Origin: Macrostomum hystrix
Lineage: Eukaryota > Animalia > Platyhelminthes
DNA length: 64,000 nt
NCBI GenBank assembly: GCA_950097015.1
Contig: CATNEN010000024.1
Coordinates: 3,348,001 to 3,412,000, forward strand
Direction of reading: 5' to 3'
The translations under genes were made by a program, and so were the position numbers. The notes beneath the pieces were generated by a model. The model saw only the letters and a program-made list of their open reading frames with translations, was not told the origin of the DNA and ran no database searches. Of the stretch, positions 61,087 to 64,000 are shown in pieces. Every line of letters starts with the position of its first letter. Positions within the stretch are counted from its first letter, which is position 1.

Positions 61087-63772
61087 TTAATCAACAGGTT
61101 CTTCTTCAGGTGCAGCCAATTGCTGCTCTTTAGTTTTCTGCTGTTGAAGTCCATCTGCTTCAGCAGAGGAAGCGGCGGCGGCGGCGGTAGCGTCGGCAGC
61201 GGCAGCGACACCCTGAGCGGCCCCGCCGCTGCCCCCTCCTAGAGGATCGAATGAGCCAACCAGAGCGGATTCCACCTGTTGGCTGCAGTTGGGGCAGGTG
61301 AAGCTGCGCATCAGCCAAGTGTCAATGCAGGCCCTGTGAAAGCTGTGCGTGCAGGGCAGGTAGCGCAGCTCGTCCCCATTCTCGTATTCGACCATGCAGA
61401 TGACGCACCTGGCACACAGTTGCGCATTGGTGTGGTGATAATATGCTGTTCTGTTATGAACCGAATTGGTGATAAGTCATCACACTGTGAGATAAGCTCG
61501 GCAGGTTGGAGTAGGGTGGGTGGAGGAGGGATCGATGAGGTGGAGGAGGTGGTGGATGAGGTGGAGGAGGGAGTAGATGAGGTGGAGGAGGTGGTGGATG
61601 AGGTGGAGGAGGGAGTAGATGAGGTGGAGGAGGGAGTAGATGAGGTGGAGGAGGGAGTAGATGAGGTGGAGGAGGGAGTAGATGAGGTGGAGGAGGGAGT
61701 AGATGGGGTGGATGAGGGAGTAGATGAGGTGGAGGAGGGAGTAGATGGGGTGGATGAGGGAGTAGATGAGGTGGAGGAGGGAGTAGATGAGGTGGAGGAG
61801 GGAGTAGATGAGGTGGAGGAGGGAGTAGATGAGGTGGAGGAGGGAGTAGATGAGGTGGATGAGGGAGTAGATGAGGTGGAGGAGGGAGTAGATGAGGTGG
61901 AGGAGGTAGTAGATGAGGTGGAGGAGGGAGTAGATGAGGTGGAGGAGGGAGTAGATGAGGTGGATGAGGGAGTAGATGAGGTGGAGGAGGGAGTAGATGA
62001 GGTGGAGGAGGTGGTGGATGAGGTGGAGGAGGGAGTAGATGAGGTGGAGGAGGGAGTAGATTAGGTGGATGAGGGAGTAGATAAAGTTGAGGAGGGAGTG
62101 GATGAGGTAAAGGAGGGAGTAGATGAGATGGACGAAGGAGTACGGTAGGTAGAGCAGTGAGTAGAGTGGAGAAGGTAGATACAAGGTAGACGGTAGAAGA
62201 GTAGAAATGGTAGATAAGAAAGTAGGATGTGTGGAGGAGGGAGTTGGGTAGGTGAAGGGGTGCTGTTTTCACACACAGCAACTCACTCTCTCTCGTCGTC
62301 CTTGTCTCGCTCAATGAAGAACCGAATCGGCAGGTAGCCAATCAGGCCGATTCGTTTGGCAATTTTCACCTGCTCATCCTCAGTGAGTTCTTCTACTCGG
62401 CGACTCGAGTCCGGAGACAGAAAGTAGCGCTGCTGCTGCTGTGTCGCGAAATGGCGAGGGGCATTGTGTTTGTGCTTATTTTGTACTTTATGTAGGGTTG
62501 AGTATAAACAAAAAACTGGCACCCTTGATTGTACTATTGTAAGTGCACGAATGCAATTAAAGAAATATGACACCTCGCTTAAAATAAGACACACACATTG
62601 ATCTGAGCCTTGTGGGCCAAGAAGCGATAATAAACACTCAGGTTCACATGTTCTTCCTTTCTGGCGAACCAAAAAAACTTTCTGCTCATGTTTTTAATTA
62701 TACATGTAGCTCATCTAGTAATAGAAGCTAGATACATAATACTATATTTTTATACTATATTTTATACTATACTATATACTATATATAAAATACAGATGAA
62801 TGTTCTGGCATAAATTCAATGTTGTAAAAGATTGAGTAAGAAACAAGTCATTTATTAGCACAACTTTTTGGTTGCAACTTATAAAATGTTGTTGTACAGT
62901 GAAGTAAATTCACAAACTTTACATCAAATTTTCACATTTTAAGATATTTTCTTATATATATTTATTACTTATTGCTTATAGTTTTGGTCTTTGTAACTGT
63001 TTATAAATAGTTTAAATCATAAATTTAAAGCATTGCAGGATTATCATTATTATTTGTCATGTTTTATAATTAAATATTATATGTGTAAAACACTATTCAA
63101 CACAAACCCCTTAGCAGTTTTTTCTAAATTATAGACATCTTAATCTGATTGGCCTAATTTGGCATAAAGCTTCGGGGCCAGTTTTCCACTTGGCATAATT
63201 TCGAGTAAAATGAAGAAAGCATGCCAATTTTTTTCTGGCATATAGCCAACATAATCTAGACTAAGGCCTATAGAAAAGATATGCTTGTGAGAATTAAAAT
63301 ATATAAAACATTATGAACATATTCAAAGGTTATAAAGTAAGCTTAAGTAAAAATAAAAAACCTTAACAAGATTAGCTTGCTATTTATAAAATATATAAAA
63401 TAAAAACAATTAACAATAGGCCTACCCTTTTATAAGCTGAAAGTTCTGAAACCAAACTGGCTAGGCCTATAGACTTTCGTTAAATAGGAACACAATAGCA
63501 AAATATTTTTAAACTCAATCTCAATATAAGTCTTTTTATTTGGCAAAATATAAATAATGGAACATGACAGCCAAAATTTGCCAAAGCCAAAAAGGTCACC
63601 CTCAGAAAATAATTTCAATTCAATAACATATTACCTGAGGTGCATTAGGTCTACTCCTTCTAGAGCCCCTTTGCTGTCGATTTCTTCGATCACTATTTTC
63701 TCGCAAAAGACTAGTATGGCTACCTTGATTATCTTCCAATGAATTGACACAGTTTCTCAGAGAATTTCCCAT
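61087..63772 (-). CDS. RNF11: RING finger protein 11-like (RING-H2); exons 63772-63635, 62438-62287, 61408-61087
   Basis: Exons of 138+152+322 = 612 nt join in frame. MGNSLRNC...SLLRENSDR; LTEDEQVKIAKRIGLIGYLP (RNF11 LTEEEQIRIAQRIGLIQHLP); ECVICMVEY...LPCTHSFHRACIDTWLMRSFTCPNC. Donors CAG|GTAATA and GA|GTGAGT. Confidence 0.94.
61530..62135. repeat. Minisatellite, 21-nt unit GATGAGGTGGAGGAGGGAGTA in RNF11 intron 2
   Basis: About 28 copies; source of the spurious DEVEEGV and PPPPHLL ORFs. Confidence 0.95.
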
Positions 63773-64000
63773 AGGAATTTTTTTGTTTTGATATGTTGTT
63801 TGGTTTAATGACTGAACTTTGATAACTAGCTCTTTATTTAGTAGCACGCAAATGGTAGTTGTGTCGTCTGAAGTTTTCTCGAAATCTCATCACAATTCAC
63901 AGAGTGTGTGACGTGTTTAAGAGTGATCGATAGAATAAACGGCCTCTTGGCTCTTTTAGTTTTAAAAAGGAATTCAGTAAGGGTGATTATTAAAAAAGTG

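Noticed and set aside
61279-62341. Acidic DEVEEGV-repeat ORF (+) and polyproline ORF (-)
   Set aside because: Both derive from the 21-nt minisatellite inside RNF11 intron 2, and the + ORF is antisense to the RING exon.

Overview
Eukaryotic (animal) genomic DNA with spliced genes; not prokaryotic. I see no CRISPR array, rRNA or intact tRNA gene. Three protein-coding genes can be assembled by hand from GT-AG exons whose phases match. (1) A full-architecture tensin on + (PTEN-like phosphatase, C2, low-complexity linker, SH2, PTB), about 18.4-35.7 kb, with candidate alternative first exons at 3.4 and 14.6 kb. (2) A two-exon DmsR/myosuppressin-receptor-like (Srw-type) class A GPCR on +, 52728-54909. 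(3) A three-exon RNF11-like RING-H2 gene on -, 63772-61087, convergent with the GPCR. By my rough sum about a third of the window is locus-private minisatellite (about 30 arrays, units 12-57 nt), many beginning just after splice donors. There are also two tRNA-derived SINE-like families (one copy with a 12-bp target-site duplication), a second interspersed repeat nested in a SINE, and a decayed non-LTR reverse-transcriptase fragment. The CAG-rich, minisatellite-dense style suggests a free-living flatworm such as Macrostomum, but this is inference only. Most long ORFs in the supplied track are artefacts of stop-free tandem repeats. All coordinates were read by eye, and array boundaries are approximate.
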